Shown here one piece after another: positions 41,030 to 54,108 of a DNA stretch of 59,786 bases; position 1 is the stretch's first letter, and each line of letters begins with the position of its first letter. The stretch lies in assembly GCA_032718475.1 (NCBI GenBank), contig JAUCBJ010005246.1, positions 1-59,786 of the forward strand. The letters are read 5' to 3'. This DNA comes from Nemertoderma westbladi (taxonomy: Eukaryota; Animalia; Xenacoelomorpha). The notes below the pieces were generated by a model that saw nothing but the letters and a program-made list of their open reading frames with translations, searched no databases and was not told the DNA's origin. The translations under genes and the position numbers were made by a program.

Positions 41030-41927
41030 CCAGGTTGGAATTCATGCTGCAAAACTCGGACGCGTACCTGCGCGAATGACCGCAAACCAGATGCGCGTTT
41101 GGGTGAGACAGGTGCGCGTTCGGGTGTGAGACAGGTGCGCGTTGCTGGTTGCGCCTCAGCGCGCAGCTCTGCCTCTGATGCGCACCACAAATTACAGAAT
41201 TAATTGAAATCACGAAAACACACAAAAAAATTTCCAATTCTTCAAACAGTCAAATCACTTCACCATAATACTGTAATACCGGCAACCGGAGCTGAATTTG
41301 TCTATTTATTTTAACTACAGTACTCTATTGTTGTATTGTTATTAGGTCTATGCTATGCCGATGTTACGTTACTAAACAGGTAAAGTCAGAAAGTAACAAT
41401 GTATTATAAGTATGACTTAATTATAAGCCAACTGTATGTTTAAGCCTAATTGTTAGGTGTAGGTAGGCCTATACAAAGTATTATTGGCAGACTGGCTGAC
41501 TGGTACCTATTTCAATATTCGTTTTTTTGAAATTACCGGTACATGTTTTGTTTGTAATCTAAAATAATATTTTCTGTTATAAAAGCAGTGAGCCCGATGG
41601 GCCACCATAGTAGTGGATTAAAAAAATAAAATATTTTTTAATATTAACAATTTTGATGTTGCAAAAATTACATTTATTATGTAAGCCTAGATTCAACGTA
41701 CAGACAGACAGACGTAAAGATAAGCTTAAAACGCTCAAACTTGTAAAATAGGAATGTAAAATTGTTCTTATGAACTGTGCGATTTTTTGAGATATGCATG
41801 ACATGAGCTGCGCGATTTTGTTTGGATTATGACATATGATGAGGTGCGCGACGAGCCAATTTCAGGTGCGCGGTGATTTCAAAACAACAAAGCGTACCTG
41901 CGCGCTCATGCATGAATTCCAACCTGG
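41030..41927. mobile_element. hAT-like non-autonomous element, 898 bp
   Basis: TIR CCAGGTTGGAATTCATGC / GCATGAATTCCAACCTGG; 8-bp TSD CCTGTAGG on both sides; subterminal GGTGCGCG repeats. Confidence 0.85.
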
Positions 41928-42779
41928 CCTGTAGGCCTATTATTACAGTATTACAGTACAGCAGTATTAAGCTACCGGTAGGCCTATTGCTGTATTGGAT
42001 ATGGAAGGTTGAATGATACTGTCAGGAGTTAATGGCAACAGGGCAAACCAAATTTTCAAATAGAGGGCCTACATTTTTCGGTAGAGTAGGCCTACATCCA
42101 GGCAGCCAGGTGCCAAAAATTACTTGGTGTAGGCCTAGTCTTTGTTAATAAAAAAATTATTAGATATTTCGCAAACCTGCAAACGTGACTGACAGAAGGC
42201 AATTAGGACCACTTTTTGATGACATATGTCAGTATGTTTGGCATGGCATAAAGTTCGATTTTTTTGGAGAAAAGCAGAAAAGTGATTACATTACAATGTG
42301 TTAAACCGAAAGCCCTGTTCCTTGCAGCCTTGTGGTTATTCCATGAGAATTTTAACATCAGGCAGCCAACAACTTCAGCGTTCGTCCCTATAGGGAAATT
42401 ATGCAAATCTTGGTTTTTAATTAATTTTATGTGATTTGTATTTATTTGAGACTACAGTAGGCCCTACTGCCCTATACATTTCTTGTTTTCTGTTTTAATA
42501 ATAATAAACAATATTAAGTGCTATGATTCAAAATATATTGAATATTGGCAGATTGGTGCACTACCTACACTACAGTCAGACAGTCATTTACTTTTAATCA
42601 GAGGATGTCAGATTTTCATCAAAAACATCACCTTCCCCTTATAATATTCCTTCACCCTTTATGGCAATTCCCTTCGAAACACACTTCGGAATGGAAGACT
42701 TTGACAAAAGATTACATGATAAAAGTCTCAAAGAGTAGGCATAATGTGTTGAATTAACCAATCACCAATGCAGCAATGT

Positions 42780-43930
42780 CATGTTCTCTTTAGTGAGTGG
42801 CATTACCTTAAATATTTGTCGTGGTTAAAAATAAGTTGCTATAATTTGCTCCAGCGGTCCAGGACATCCAAATCACTTTGTAGTCGGGCAATAGAGGTGA
42901 TGTTACTGGGGTCGAATATAGCACTGTCTTTTTGAGGTCATTGGCGAAAAGATGAATGAGTAGAGTTAGAACATCATCCAAGTATCAAAGGAATAGGAAA
43001 ACCCCAGCTACACTTCCCTGTGGGACACCACTGTTAACAGGTAGCCACGGTGATGCTTTCACATTGATGACTACGCGTTGGTATCTACAAGAGAGAATCG
43101 CCCGAAACCAATTTAATAACTTGTCCTGATGTTAGACTGATAGATCTGAAGTTTTCACGCAAATATTTACTACCGTTCTTCAATTGTGGAGAAATGTTGG
43201 CGAACTTCCAATCAACTGGTAGCGCTCCTTCATTCATTGCCTTATTAAATAATGAAGCAATAAATATATAAATAAATAATAAATATGAAGAAAAAATTCA
43301 GCAATTGTATCAGATATTGCTTTTATAACTTGCGGATAAACTTGATCAGGACCAGACCAGTAGCGGCAGACCCTATCATTTTGTTGATTGACTGAAGAAC
43401 TGATTCATATGTGAAGTTGATGGTAGATATGCTTGAATTAATTTCTTGAGAACTTTGAGCAGGAGTAGAGTATTGAATACTGGCAGAAGGATTATGTGAA
43501 AGGTCTTCTTTCGTAAATGCAATGCAGTATGGAAATATTCATTTGAAACTGAAGCCTTTTCAATATCAGCTGTAGCAAACGAACCATCCTCCTTCTTGAG
43601 GCACTGTATTGCTGGTCTTGCCTTTGTCTTTGCTGCTTTGACCGTATAAATTTCCAAAAGATTTTGGGGTTACCGCTAGGCTACTTGGGGCATCACTTGC
43701 AATTATACGTTACTTCTTAGGCAACCTTCTCCTGTTTAATTACTGAAATACATTTGTTTATAGCTTGCTTGTTGTAGGCTGTGAATGAAGAAAGTGTTTT
43801 TTTTATTTTTGTAGCTAATCCAAGCTTGTTCCTTAATCCTTATTTGACTTACTTAGGTATACTGTTGGTTGGAATATTACGTTTACATGTGGAAATCAGC
43901 TCTTTGTGAAATAGGTCCCATGATGAATAT
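42780..43930 (-). pseudogene. Decayed CR1/L2-type LINE ORF2 (reverse transcriptase region)
   Basis: Remnant motifs KTKARPAIQCLKKEDG...DIEKASV.NEYF, P.DWK.AN..P and YQRVVIN...SPWLPVNSGVPQGSV, with stops and frameshifts. Confidence 0.85.
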
Positions 43931-44750
43931 ATATCAAATTAATAGAGCTCAGTGAGACGTCGAGGGACAGTCAGCCTTACTGAAACCAGGCTATACATAA
44001 ATATACTACAGTACCACCCTATTATTGTTATTAGGTACTGACACACTCAAATTGAAATAGAATAATTCTGTAATACAATAATACTATGATAATGGCTGTG
44101 AATAAATATTACAGTATAACTGTATAATATAACTATACTATATATAATAATACAACTGTACAAACAGACAAATACAATAATACACCAATGCAAATATACA
44201 TATTATTCTATGTTATGAACGGAACGTATACATATCCCATGCACAGTGGTATTATCAAATCTATGCTATGGATATTCTACATGATATATGTACTGCATGT
44301 ACGGTATGTAGTACTGTAGTTGGTAGTACAGTAGTAGAGGCATAGAAAACACAACAACAAAGACGTTGGAATTTCCGCTCACAGTGCAGTTTGCAGTTCG
44401 GCCTATTGTCCCAGCTCTTGTCCCAAATACGTTGCTCTGTCCAGTATAGGTTGTTATAATGAGCCCTGGATTCGTGGTTGACACTTGGATTATATATCAG
44501 TGGAATTTTCCCTTAACCTTTACATTATATAGCCAATAAGGGAGATGCCTAACTTTAGGAATGTTGGTATTGGTCCGATGACGAGGAGTTGGCTCATATG
44601 ATGATTTGATTGGATGCCCCTATATTGGACGGGTTGGAAATCATTACACAACGTATTTGGGACCGGTAGGAATAATAGAAAGCCCCATAGAAGTGAAGGG
44701 AAACACCCTATTCTGGACAATAATGTAGATGCTATTGCTCCTAATACTTA

Positions 44751-45786
44751 TCACCATGTCTTCTTTAGAAGGCCGAAGAAAGCATCATCTAATGGTTGCA
44801 TGATGTGAGTCGCCTTGGGAATGAGGGTCGTTTTCTTCGCAGCTCAGAACGACTTTCATTGATATGTGCGAACGCAGGTTGTCCAAAATCAGAAGCTTCT
44901 TGTCTGTCAGTTTATTTGCAGCGGGCAAAAATATATCATTAAACCATCGCTCGAAAGTCTCCATATCAAACCACCCAGATTCCGTGGAATCATATATCGT
45001 ATCAGGGTCACATTAACTCCCCACTCTGAATCATATTTCCCCCCTATAAATACCACCCCACCATCAGCGGTAAAATCGTTCCATCCGCAGAACCACCAAA
45101 CCCAATTGACACCGACTGCTTTGAGTTAGCAATAGCTCTTTCAACACGCTTTGTGCCTCGTTTACATATCACACGTTTTTCACCTGGATTATTAGTGAAA
45201 TTCGTTTCATCGAAGTTGAATATGTTGGAAGGTGGTATATCCTCTTCCAGAAACTCTTTCTTATATTCGTCGAAAAATTCTCCGATTTGTGATTTCCCAA
45301 TGTCAGCGCGTGATAGCGATACATTAGCTGCAATGCGCTTTGTAAGATTATGACGCTTCGAAAACCCATCAACCCAATCCTTTTCAGGTAAATTCACTGA
45401 GGTTGGAACTGGACGTGGACGTCCATTGATGGTAGTGTCTAATGGTCTGGAAAACGCATCAATGACCTTTCCTTCTTTATTCAGCATGTTTTGTACCATT
45501 AAACACAATTCTGTGCTATTAACTGGTTGCTTCCACTTTGCCATGATGCCAACAACTTCCACTATTATTTTATCCTCATAGTCGGTGAGTGCATTTGGAT
45601 GACCAGGTGCACTTGGATGATGATCATTGCCTTTGTTCCAAATGGTATTAGGGATATTTGTTTCTTTACTCACTGCTTTCATAGACTCCCCATTATCTTT
45701 ACTCCATGTACTGCATCATCTAAGCGAGATTTCATATAATCTTTGTATCTCCGTGAACCAGGGACTCGCTTATAAACACGAGGCAT
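44751..45786 (-). pseudogene. pogo/Tigger/Fot1-like DDE transposase pseudogene (HTH plus CENP-B-like HTH plus DDE_1)
   Basis: MPRVYKR start; DWVDGFSKRH; NIFNFDETNF; SGWFDMETFERWF; LILDNLRSH; THIMQPLDDAFFG. At least three frameshifts. TIRs not identified. Confidence 0.9.
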
Positions 45787-46676
45787 CACCAATTGTTATT
45801 AAGCTGATTAGGCCTAAATCAAGTATTGATTTCAATATTATATTATACACTATGCCAGTATGTTTGCTATTCAGGTAGACATAGTGTTCTATTACCTGTA
45901 CTGTAATATCTATTCATACAGTCATGTACACTTGGATTTGATCACACTTTGACTTCTCATCGACTGAATGTCTGACAGGGCAAATTAGCCAGCCCCATTT
46001 TACGTTGGCCTATATTAACTAAAAAAACCTAAAAAATCTATTTTGGATGAAGTTGTCGAAATTAGAAGATTTAAGAAACACCTCAAAAACCGTGGTGCAA
46101 AAAAACCTACTTTGCCAGCCCTGATCTTAAGCACATTGTGTAATAATAATACTGTAGTAGCCTAGTGTAGTACAGTGTGTAGTAGGCCTACAGCTATACA
46201 GGTACTAATTACTAATCAGCTAATATAGCAGTATATAACTACACTCAACACTGCTGCACTGTAATAGAGAGTAACCTACAACTCTACAAGATATTGTAAT
46301 AATAGGTTTAGTACAGTTAACCCTATCCTGATTGCGATATTCCCCAGTAGGTGTGTATCAAAGACGTTATTATATTATTACAAAAAGACCAATGCCGGTG
46401 TAACTATTAATCTCGATTGAAGAATTAAGAAAGAGTTTTATTGCATTCTCGAATTATTGGTAGTCGGAACTGATCATGTGATTATAAACTGTTAAGTAAA
46501 CTGCGAAAATTGTTGTTATCATATATAATGTGGCTGCTTATTTTATAGCATCCGTTAAATATAAATGTTTAAAGTACCGGCACCGGTAAACTTCGTCAAG
46601 TTGATTAACAAGAAGTAATACCGGTACTTCGTAACACTGCAGTCCCGTCCCTGGTGGTTATAAGTCTATCGTGGCC

Positions 46677-46938
46677 ATGGGTCTCAGAATTTTGTGCAAT
46701 CCTGCGGCAGTATGTTGTTGCTGTGTTCTGCTGTTCAACATCGCTTCTTCACAGTTGTCCGTATCCGTGACAACAAGTAATAACTCTGTCAATGCCAACG
46801 GAACAATTAGTTATTCTGAACTGCCTAAAGGTCAGGCATATGAGAGCATAAAGGAAAGAAGCAACCCAATACTGGGTCCGTTCGCTACTGGAGCGAAATG
46901 TTTTACAGACGCCTTGCAGAAGAATCCCCCACCGTATG
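46677..46938 (+). CDS. PROM1: Prominin-like protein, coding exon 1
   Basis: Kozak GCCATGG; signal-peptide-like N-terminus; YSELPKGQAYES...ILGPF......F...LQKNPPPY resembles prominin (YELPATNYET...IGILF......F...VQPRDFPE); phase-1 donor G|GTGAGT. Confidence 0.75.
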
Positions 46939-47895
46939 GTGAGTTAACTCTTTAAGTGCAGACGTGTTTTTTTGTTTTGTGATATACCGGTATATATATT
47001 ATATATAGCAATCATATAAGCCTATACTCTATTATAGTTTACCTGGTTGTGCTTTGAACCGCCATGTGCATTTATGAATCGCGTTTTTATGAGTTTAGCC
47101 TATTTTATTTATTCATTTATTTACGAAATCGGGAAAAATTGGCCCATTGGAAATCTGCGTAATTAACTTAACAGACGTCTTTAACATCGTAGATTTTTTC
47201 AAAACAACCAACTGCCGTATCTAAATACAATTGAATCACAGCTTTTGTTGTACAATTTATTATATTATTCAAGAACGTCACTAATTCCATCCTTAGTCTT
47301 CCCTATTGTCTTGTATTACATTAATTTCTGTACACTTTTCATTGTTGGGGGCAATACTAATATACAAATTTTGTGTGTGACATTTATCGGTGTTCGTACC
47401 ACAAATCGCAACAGAAAAAGAAAACTATTGCACTTTGCTTTAGGGTTATCAACATCTTACATGGTTTACCTGCAATATAATTATTACCGGTACACCATCA
47501 CCCTTAATCCAACGACCATTTGTTACAAGACGATGCAGATGAAGGCGATTCTCATAATATCTAGATTACATTCAAATGACGGATAATAAAGCCGACTGAC
47601 GTGGCTAAATATTGCTGAAAAGGCGTTTTTAACGGCTTGACTTTGATTGAAATTTGAATAAAAAATGGGGGGTATTTTCTGACTTGCTAAAAATGGTTGT
47701 TGTATTAAGGGAGATGGTGTATTATTATGTGTTTGGTAGTTTACTTATTATTATTTATTTGCTTTAAACAACCAGATTTGCCCCACAGTCGGTTAATGAG
47801 CCTCTTTTACTGTCGGTTGTTTAAAGATATTCCAATAAGTTTTCCTCTAATCCTTTGTATATGTTTACTATTATTGTTGTTTATTTTAATTTCAG

Positions 47896-47957
47896 AACTT
47901 TTGCAAAAGGCCATTAAGAGCGAAGTTTCTTGGGACAACGAAGATGATAGGAAAGAG
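47896..47957 (+). CDS. PROM1: Prominin-like protein, coding exon 2 (gene continues beyond window)
   Basis: Polypyrimidine tract and TTTCAG acceptor, GAG|GTAAGA donor. Phase-compatible with exon 1, giving ELLQKAIKSEVSWDNEDDRKE (compare PROM1 FLQKAYESKIDYD). Confidence 0.75.
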
Positions 47958-48108
47958 GTAAGATTTATTTCGATATCATTAATATACGGTATATAACATA
48001 CTGTAGTAAGGAGGGGCAGGTAGGTACCGGTACAATTACAAACTATATTCAATCAAACTGATATTAATTAACGCATACAGGGCAGGTCATACGGCTGTAT
48101 AGTGTATA

Positions 48109-49048
48109 CACCATGTCCCGTAATATAGTGTCATTTTCTGATGACACGGACCCCCCCCCCCCCCCCCCCCAGATTTTTCTACAAATCTTTATCATATTGC
48201 TTGAATTTTGAAACACAACTAGTTCAACTCACCGTCGATGACCCCATGAAGCCGGAATTTTCGATTTTGCCTTTAAATTTTTTTATAAGCGTTTTAAAAA
48301 AGTGTCTTTTGCGAAATCGTTCCCTCCGTCGTGGCCATTCTTCACATTAGTCGTAACTTTATCATATCATTAGAAAGCTTGCGTTGCAAGGATTGCAAAT
48401 GTGTACCAATATCTTAATTTCATTGAGAAACAACTGAGATATAGGCGTTGAAAGATTGCAAGAATTATTGTTCGCTAGATGCCATTTATTCTATTTAATA
48501 AATACACGATTTTCTGGAACATTTTGTTTAAGTATGATTAGCTACGCAATAGAGATATTGGATAGGAATACCGCTGTTGCCTACCAACTCATAACATAAA
48601 TAACACGTTCTAGAATTTTGTGTATTTATTTAATAGAATAAAATTAAATTAAAATAAAAATTTAATAGAATTAATGGCCTTCAGTGAACGATAATTCTTG
48701 CAATCTTTGAACGCCTATATATCAGCTGTTTCTCAACGAAATTCACATATTGCTACATATTTGGAATCCTTGCAACGCGAGCTTTTTAATGATATGAAAA
48801 AATTACGACTAATGTGAAGAATGGCTACGATACAGAGGGTGCGATTTCGCAAAAGACACTTTTTTAAAACGCTTATAAAAAAAAATGTAAAGGCAAAATC
48901 GAAAATTCCGGCTTCATGGGGTCATCGACGGTGAGTGGAACTAGTTGTGTTTCAAAATTCAAGCAATATGATAAAGATTTGTAGAAAAATCTGGGGGGGG
49001 GGGGGGTCCGTGTCATCAGAAAATGACACTATATTACGGGACGTGGTG
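48109..49048. mobile_element. 940-bp foldback MITE (Tc1/mariner-type, TA TSD)
   Basis: TA|CACCATGTCCCGTAATATAGTGTC ... GACACTATATTACGGGACGTGGTG|TA. Arms are near-perfect for about 210 bp and recognisable for about 400 bp. Confidence 0.93.
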
Positions 49049-49478
49049 TATATGTATTCTAATAATATTCTCCATAATTTATTGTTGTAGTGTAAACAAA
49101 CAGATATTAAGTTATTTCATTCAATGCCCAGGCCATTCGCCTACCCACCCACAACGTTACATATGGTAGGTAGTATTATTGTATTTTATTGCAAAATTTC
49201 AATCAAATTTCATATTTAGTATTAACGCTGTTATATAGTAATTTCAATTTTAATTTCTACTGAATGAAATTTTGAAAAATAAATAAACTGTTACAGTTTA
49301 TATTTTCATCAGGAATGTTCGAAATGATACATTTGCTAAACCCTTCTAATGTAGATCATCAAATAATGCATCATAGTAAATAAATTATTTTAGAAAAGTT
49401 TAATAATGAGCTCTGTCCTGTGAGGCGAGCCTCGGATTCAGCGAGATTATAGTACCGCTATTGCAATAGTTGGTATTG

Positions 49479-52400
49479 TTGAAAAATATCGACAGTAAAA
49501 ATATCGCGAGTATAAATATCGAGTGTTGATAAATATTGCGATTACAAAATTTCGAGATTAAAAATATCGAGAGTAAAAATATCGAGTGTTGATAAATATT
49601 GCGATTACAAAATTTCGAGATTAAAAATATCGAGAGTAAAAATATCGCGAGTAAAAATATCGAGAGTAAAATACATTTTTTTGGTCGTCACTGTTTTTAC
49701 AAAAACTATAGCTACATATAAAAATGTTGTTTTATTTACATAAGACATTGTTTATTTTAGTTTCTATGGTACTATAGTTTCCTAGCATTTTTATGGGTAG
49801 CTTGTGTTTTGACGTTTTTATAAAAACAATGTTTATTTTAATTTATATATGGTACTAGCTAGCTAATGTTTTTGTTGATAGCTAGTATTTCATTCCAAAA
49901 CTTATAGCTATTTTTAGCACTCGATATTTTTACTCTCAAATATTTTTACTCCCGATATTTTTACTTCCGATATTTTTCAACACTCGATATTTTTACTATC
50001 GATATTTTTACTCTCGATATTTTTACTCTCGATATTTTTCAACACTCGATATTTTTACTCTTGATGTTTTTACTCCCGATATTTTATACTCTCGATATTT
50101 TTACTCGCGATATTTTTACTCTCGATATTTTTTACTCTCGATATTTTTACTCTTGATGTTTTTACTCTCAATATTTTTACTCTCAAATATTTTTACTCTC
50201 GATATTTTTTACTTTCGTTATTTTTCTCTCGATATTTTTTACTCTCGATATTTTTACTCGCGATATTTTTACTCTCGATATTTTTTACTCTCGATCTTTT
50301 TTCTCTCGATCTTTTTACTCTCGATATTTTTTACTCTCGATATTTTTACTCTCGATATTTTTACTCGCGATATTTTTACTCTTGATATTTTTACTCTCAA
50401 TATTTTTACTCTCAAATATTTTTACTCTCGATATTTTTTACTCTCGTTATTCTTCTCTCGATATTTTTTACTCTCGATATTTTTACTCGCGATATTTTTA
50501 CTCGCGATATTTTTACTCTCGATATTTTTTACTCTCGATATTTTTTACTCTCGATATTTTTACTCTCAATATTTTTACTCGCGATATTTTTACTCTCGAT
50601 ATTTTTAACTCTCGATTTTTTTACTCGAGTTATTTTTCTCTCGATATTTTTTACTCTCGATATTTTTACTCTTGATGTTTTTACTCTCAATATTTTTACT
50701 CTCAAATATTTTTACTCTCGATATTTTTTACTTTCGTTATTTTTCTCTCGATATTTTTTACTCTCGATATTTTTACTCGCGATATTTTTACTCTCGATAT
50801 TTTTTACTCTCGATCTTTTTTCTCTCGATCTTTTTACTCTCGATATTTTTTACTCTCGATATTTTTACTCTCGATATTTTTACTCGCGATATTTTTACTC
50901 TTAGATATTTTTACTCTCAATATTTTTACTCTCAAATATTTTTACTCTCGATATTTTTTACTCTCGTTATTCTTCTCTCGATATTTTTTACTCTCGATAT
51001 TTTTACTCGCGATATTTTTACTCGCGATATTTTTACTCTCGATATTTTTTACTCTCGATATTTTTTACTCTCGATATTTTTACTCTCAATATTTTTACTC
51101 GCGATATTTTTACTCTCGATATTTTTAACTCTCGATTTTTTTACTCGAGTTATTTTTCTCTCGATATTTTTTACTCTCGATATTTTTACTCTTGATATTT
51201 TTACTCTCAATATTTTTACTCTCAAATATTTTTACTCTCGATATTTTTTACTCTCGTTATTTTTCTCTCGATATTTTTTACTCTCGATATTTTTACTCGC
51301 GATATTTTTACTCTCGATATTTTTTACTCTCGATATTTTTACTCGCGATATTTTTACTCTCGATATTTTTTACTCTCGATATTTTTACTCGCGATATTTT
51401 TACTCTCAATATTTGTTTTTTTTTACTCTCGATATTTTTTACTCTCGTTAGTTTTCTCTCGATATTTTTTACTCTCGATAGTTTTAACTCTCGATTTTTT
51501 TACTCGAGTTATTTTTCTCTCGATATTTTTTACTCTCGATATTTTTACTCGCGATATTTTTACTCTCGATATTTTTTACTCTCGATATTTTTACTCGCGA
51601 TATTTTTACTCTCGATATTTTTTACTCTCGATATTTTTACTCGCGATATTTTTACTCTCAATATTTGTTTTTTTTTACTCTCGATATTTTTTACTCTCGT
51701 TAGTTTTCTCTCGATATTTTTTACTCTCGATATTTTTACTCGCGATATTTTTACTCTCGATATTTTTTACTCTCGATTTTTTTACTCTCGTTATTTTTCT
51801 CTCGATATTTTTTACTCTCGTTATTTTTCTCTCGATATTTTTACTCTCGATATTTTTACTCTCGATATTTTTTACTCTCGATATTTTTACTCTCAATATT
51901 TTTACTCGCGATATTTTTACTCTCGATATTTTTTACTCTCGATTTTTTTACTCAAGTTATTTTTCTCTCGATATTTTTACTCTCGATGTTTTTACTCGCG
52001 ATATTTTTACTCTCGATATTTTTACTCGCGATATTTTTTACTCTCGATATTTTTACTCTTCATATTTTTACTCTCAATATTTTTTCTCGATATTTTTACT
52101 CTTGATATTTTTTACTCTCGATATTTTTACTCTTGATATTTTTACTCTCAATATTTTTACTCTCAATATTTTTACTCTCAATATTTTTACTCTCAAATAT
52201 TTTTACTCTCGATATTTTTTACTCTCGTTATTTTTCTCTCGACATTTTTTACTCTCGATATTTTTACTCTCGATATTTTTTACTCTTGTTATTTTTCTCT
52301 CGATATTTTTTACTCTCGATATTTTTACTCTCGATATTTTTTACTCTCGTTATTTTTCTCTCGATATTTTTTACTCTCGATATTTTTACTCTCGATATTT

Positions 52401-52670
52401 TTTACTCTCGATATTTTTACTCTTGATATTTTTACTCTCAATATTTTTACTCTCAAATATTTTTACTCTCGATATTTTTTACTCTCGTTATTTTTCTCTC
52501 GACATTTTTTACTCTCGATATTTTTACTCGCGATATTTTTACTCGCGATATTTTTACTCTCCATATTTTTTACTCTTGATTTTTTTACTCGAGTTATTTT
52601 TTCTCGATATTTTTAACTCTCGATATTTTTACTCTCGATATTTTTACTCTCGTTAATTTTTGAACTCCGA
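49479..52670. repeat. ~15-19-bp repeat (ATATTTTTACTCTCG)n: short inverted block 49479-49672 and expanded block 49918-52670
   Basis: Directly visible. A ~519-bp higher-order duplication is evident (ORFs at 50153, 50672, 51192). Confidence 0.95.
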
Positions 52671-52744
52671 TATTATCGATATTCGTATCAGTAGTTCAAA
52701 GCAATAGTTCAACAGGGGTGGGTTGCTGGACGCGCTATTAGTGG

Positions 52745-53160
52745 AAAAGCACTATTAGGTTTAAAAGGGCTATTAGGTTTAAAAGCGCTATTAGGTATAA
52801 AAGCGCTATTAGGTTTAAAAGCGCTATTAGGTTTAAAAGGGCTATTAGGTTTAAAAGGGCTATTAGGTTTAGAAGCGCTATTAGGTTTAAAAGGGCTATT
52901 AGGTTTAAAATCGCTATTAGGATTAAAAGGGCTATTAGGATTAAAAGGGCTATTAGGTTTAAAAGCGCTATTAGGTTTAAAAGGGCTATTAGGATTAAAA
53001 GCGCTATTAGGTTTAATAGCGCTATTAGGTTTAAAAGGGCTATTAGGATTAAAAGGGCTATTAGGATTAAAAGGGCTATTAGGATTAAAAGCGCTATTAG
53101 GTTTAAAAGCGCTATTAGGTTTAAAAGCGCTATTAGGATTAAAAGGGCTATTAGGTTTAC
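52745..53160. repeat. 18-bp minisatellite (GCTATTAGG(T/A)TTAAAAG(C/G))n inside the Harbinger element
   Basis: About 23 copies, directly visible. Confidence 0.95.
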
Positions 53161-53771
53161 CAGCCATTAGTAAATAGCGACTTTAAAAAGCGTTGCCTGA
53201 AACATTATTAATAGCCCTTTTTACTAATAGAATTATTAGTGGTAATAGGGCTTTAGTAGCGCTATTAGTAATTAAATAATAATAAAACCATCTCGCCACT
53301 ATAGCTCTATCGCTATTTCTAGAATTCAAGTTTGAGTATTAAACATTATTTGTAAAAAATAAAGTCTCTACAAGTAGTCCACTCAATCGAGGAAAAAAAA
53401 GGGGGGGGGGGGGGCAAACGTTTATACAAAACTAATTCGCTAAAACTAAACCCCTTAACTTAAAACGAAAACTTTTATAACATAATGACAGCTATACTTT
53501 TGCGTTTAAAACTTGATATATTTATTTACATAATTTCATTCAAATTATTTGTATTGTAGGCCTATCCTATATATTACGGTCCTACAGTATTCGATCTGCG
53601 TTCCAGCATAGAAATGTAGAAAATGAAATTAGAAAATACATTTTTCTGTCACTAAAATTTATGATAGGAAGGAAATATATTTTTGGTCTTATGATAGATT
53701 TACTGGACCAAATATACGAAAGGAGATTCTCATTATACAACATACCGTACTAACTTAGACATTACTGTAAG

Positions 53772-53840
53772 ATGGCGAAAAGAAATAGAAAGCCAGCATG
53801 GAATGATAATGAAAGAGCCTGTCTAATGGAATGTGTTAGA
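53772..53840 (+). pseudogene. N-terminal remnant of a Harbinger Myb/SANT-like DNA-binding protein
   Basis: MAKRNRKPAWNDNERACLMECVR resembles the RK..(F/W)...E...L...V start of this domain. Very short. Confidence 0.55.
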
Positions 53841-53922
53841 CCACCCCGTGTCAATAAATAATATAATAAAAGTAAAAAGTTGAATTAATAAATAAATATT
53901 AATTATGTATTAATTAATCATA

Positions 53923-54108
53923 TCTCTTAAAATCGTCGCGAATGAAATCTGAAATGTCTATAATAGCTGATTTATCAAACCGAATCCTTTGGATACGTTC
54001 TTTGTCACTGAAAACCTCAAATGTTTGGTCTTTACTTCTTAATACGCGCTCACGATTTAACTACATTTGCGTTATGCTGTCAAGCATCAACATCAAATGC
54101 ACTGACAT
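53923..54108 (-). pseudogene. N-terminal remnant of a HARBI1-like transposase
   Basis: MSVHLMLMLDSITQM*LNRERVLRSKDQTFEVFSDKERIQRIRFDKSAIIDISDFIRDDF matches the RER.FR......D.E...R.RF....I.......DL pattern. Contains an internal stop. Confidence 0.7.

Noticed and set aside
50153-53167. Hydrophobic FLLSIF / YFYSR ORFs and the KPNSAF ORF
   Set aside because: Translations of the 15-19-bp and 18-bp minisatellites.
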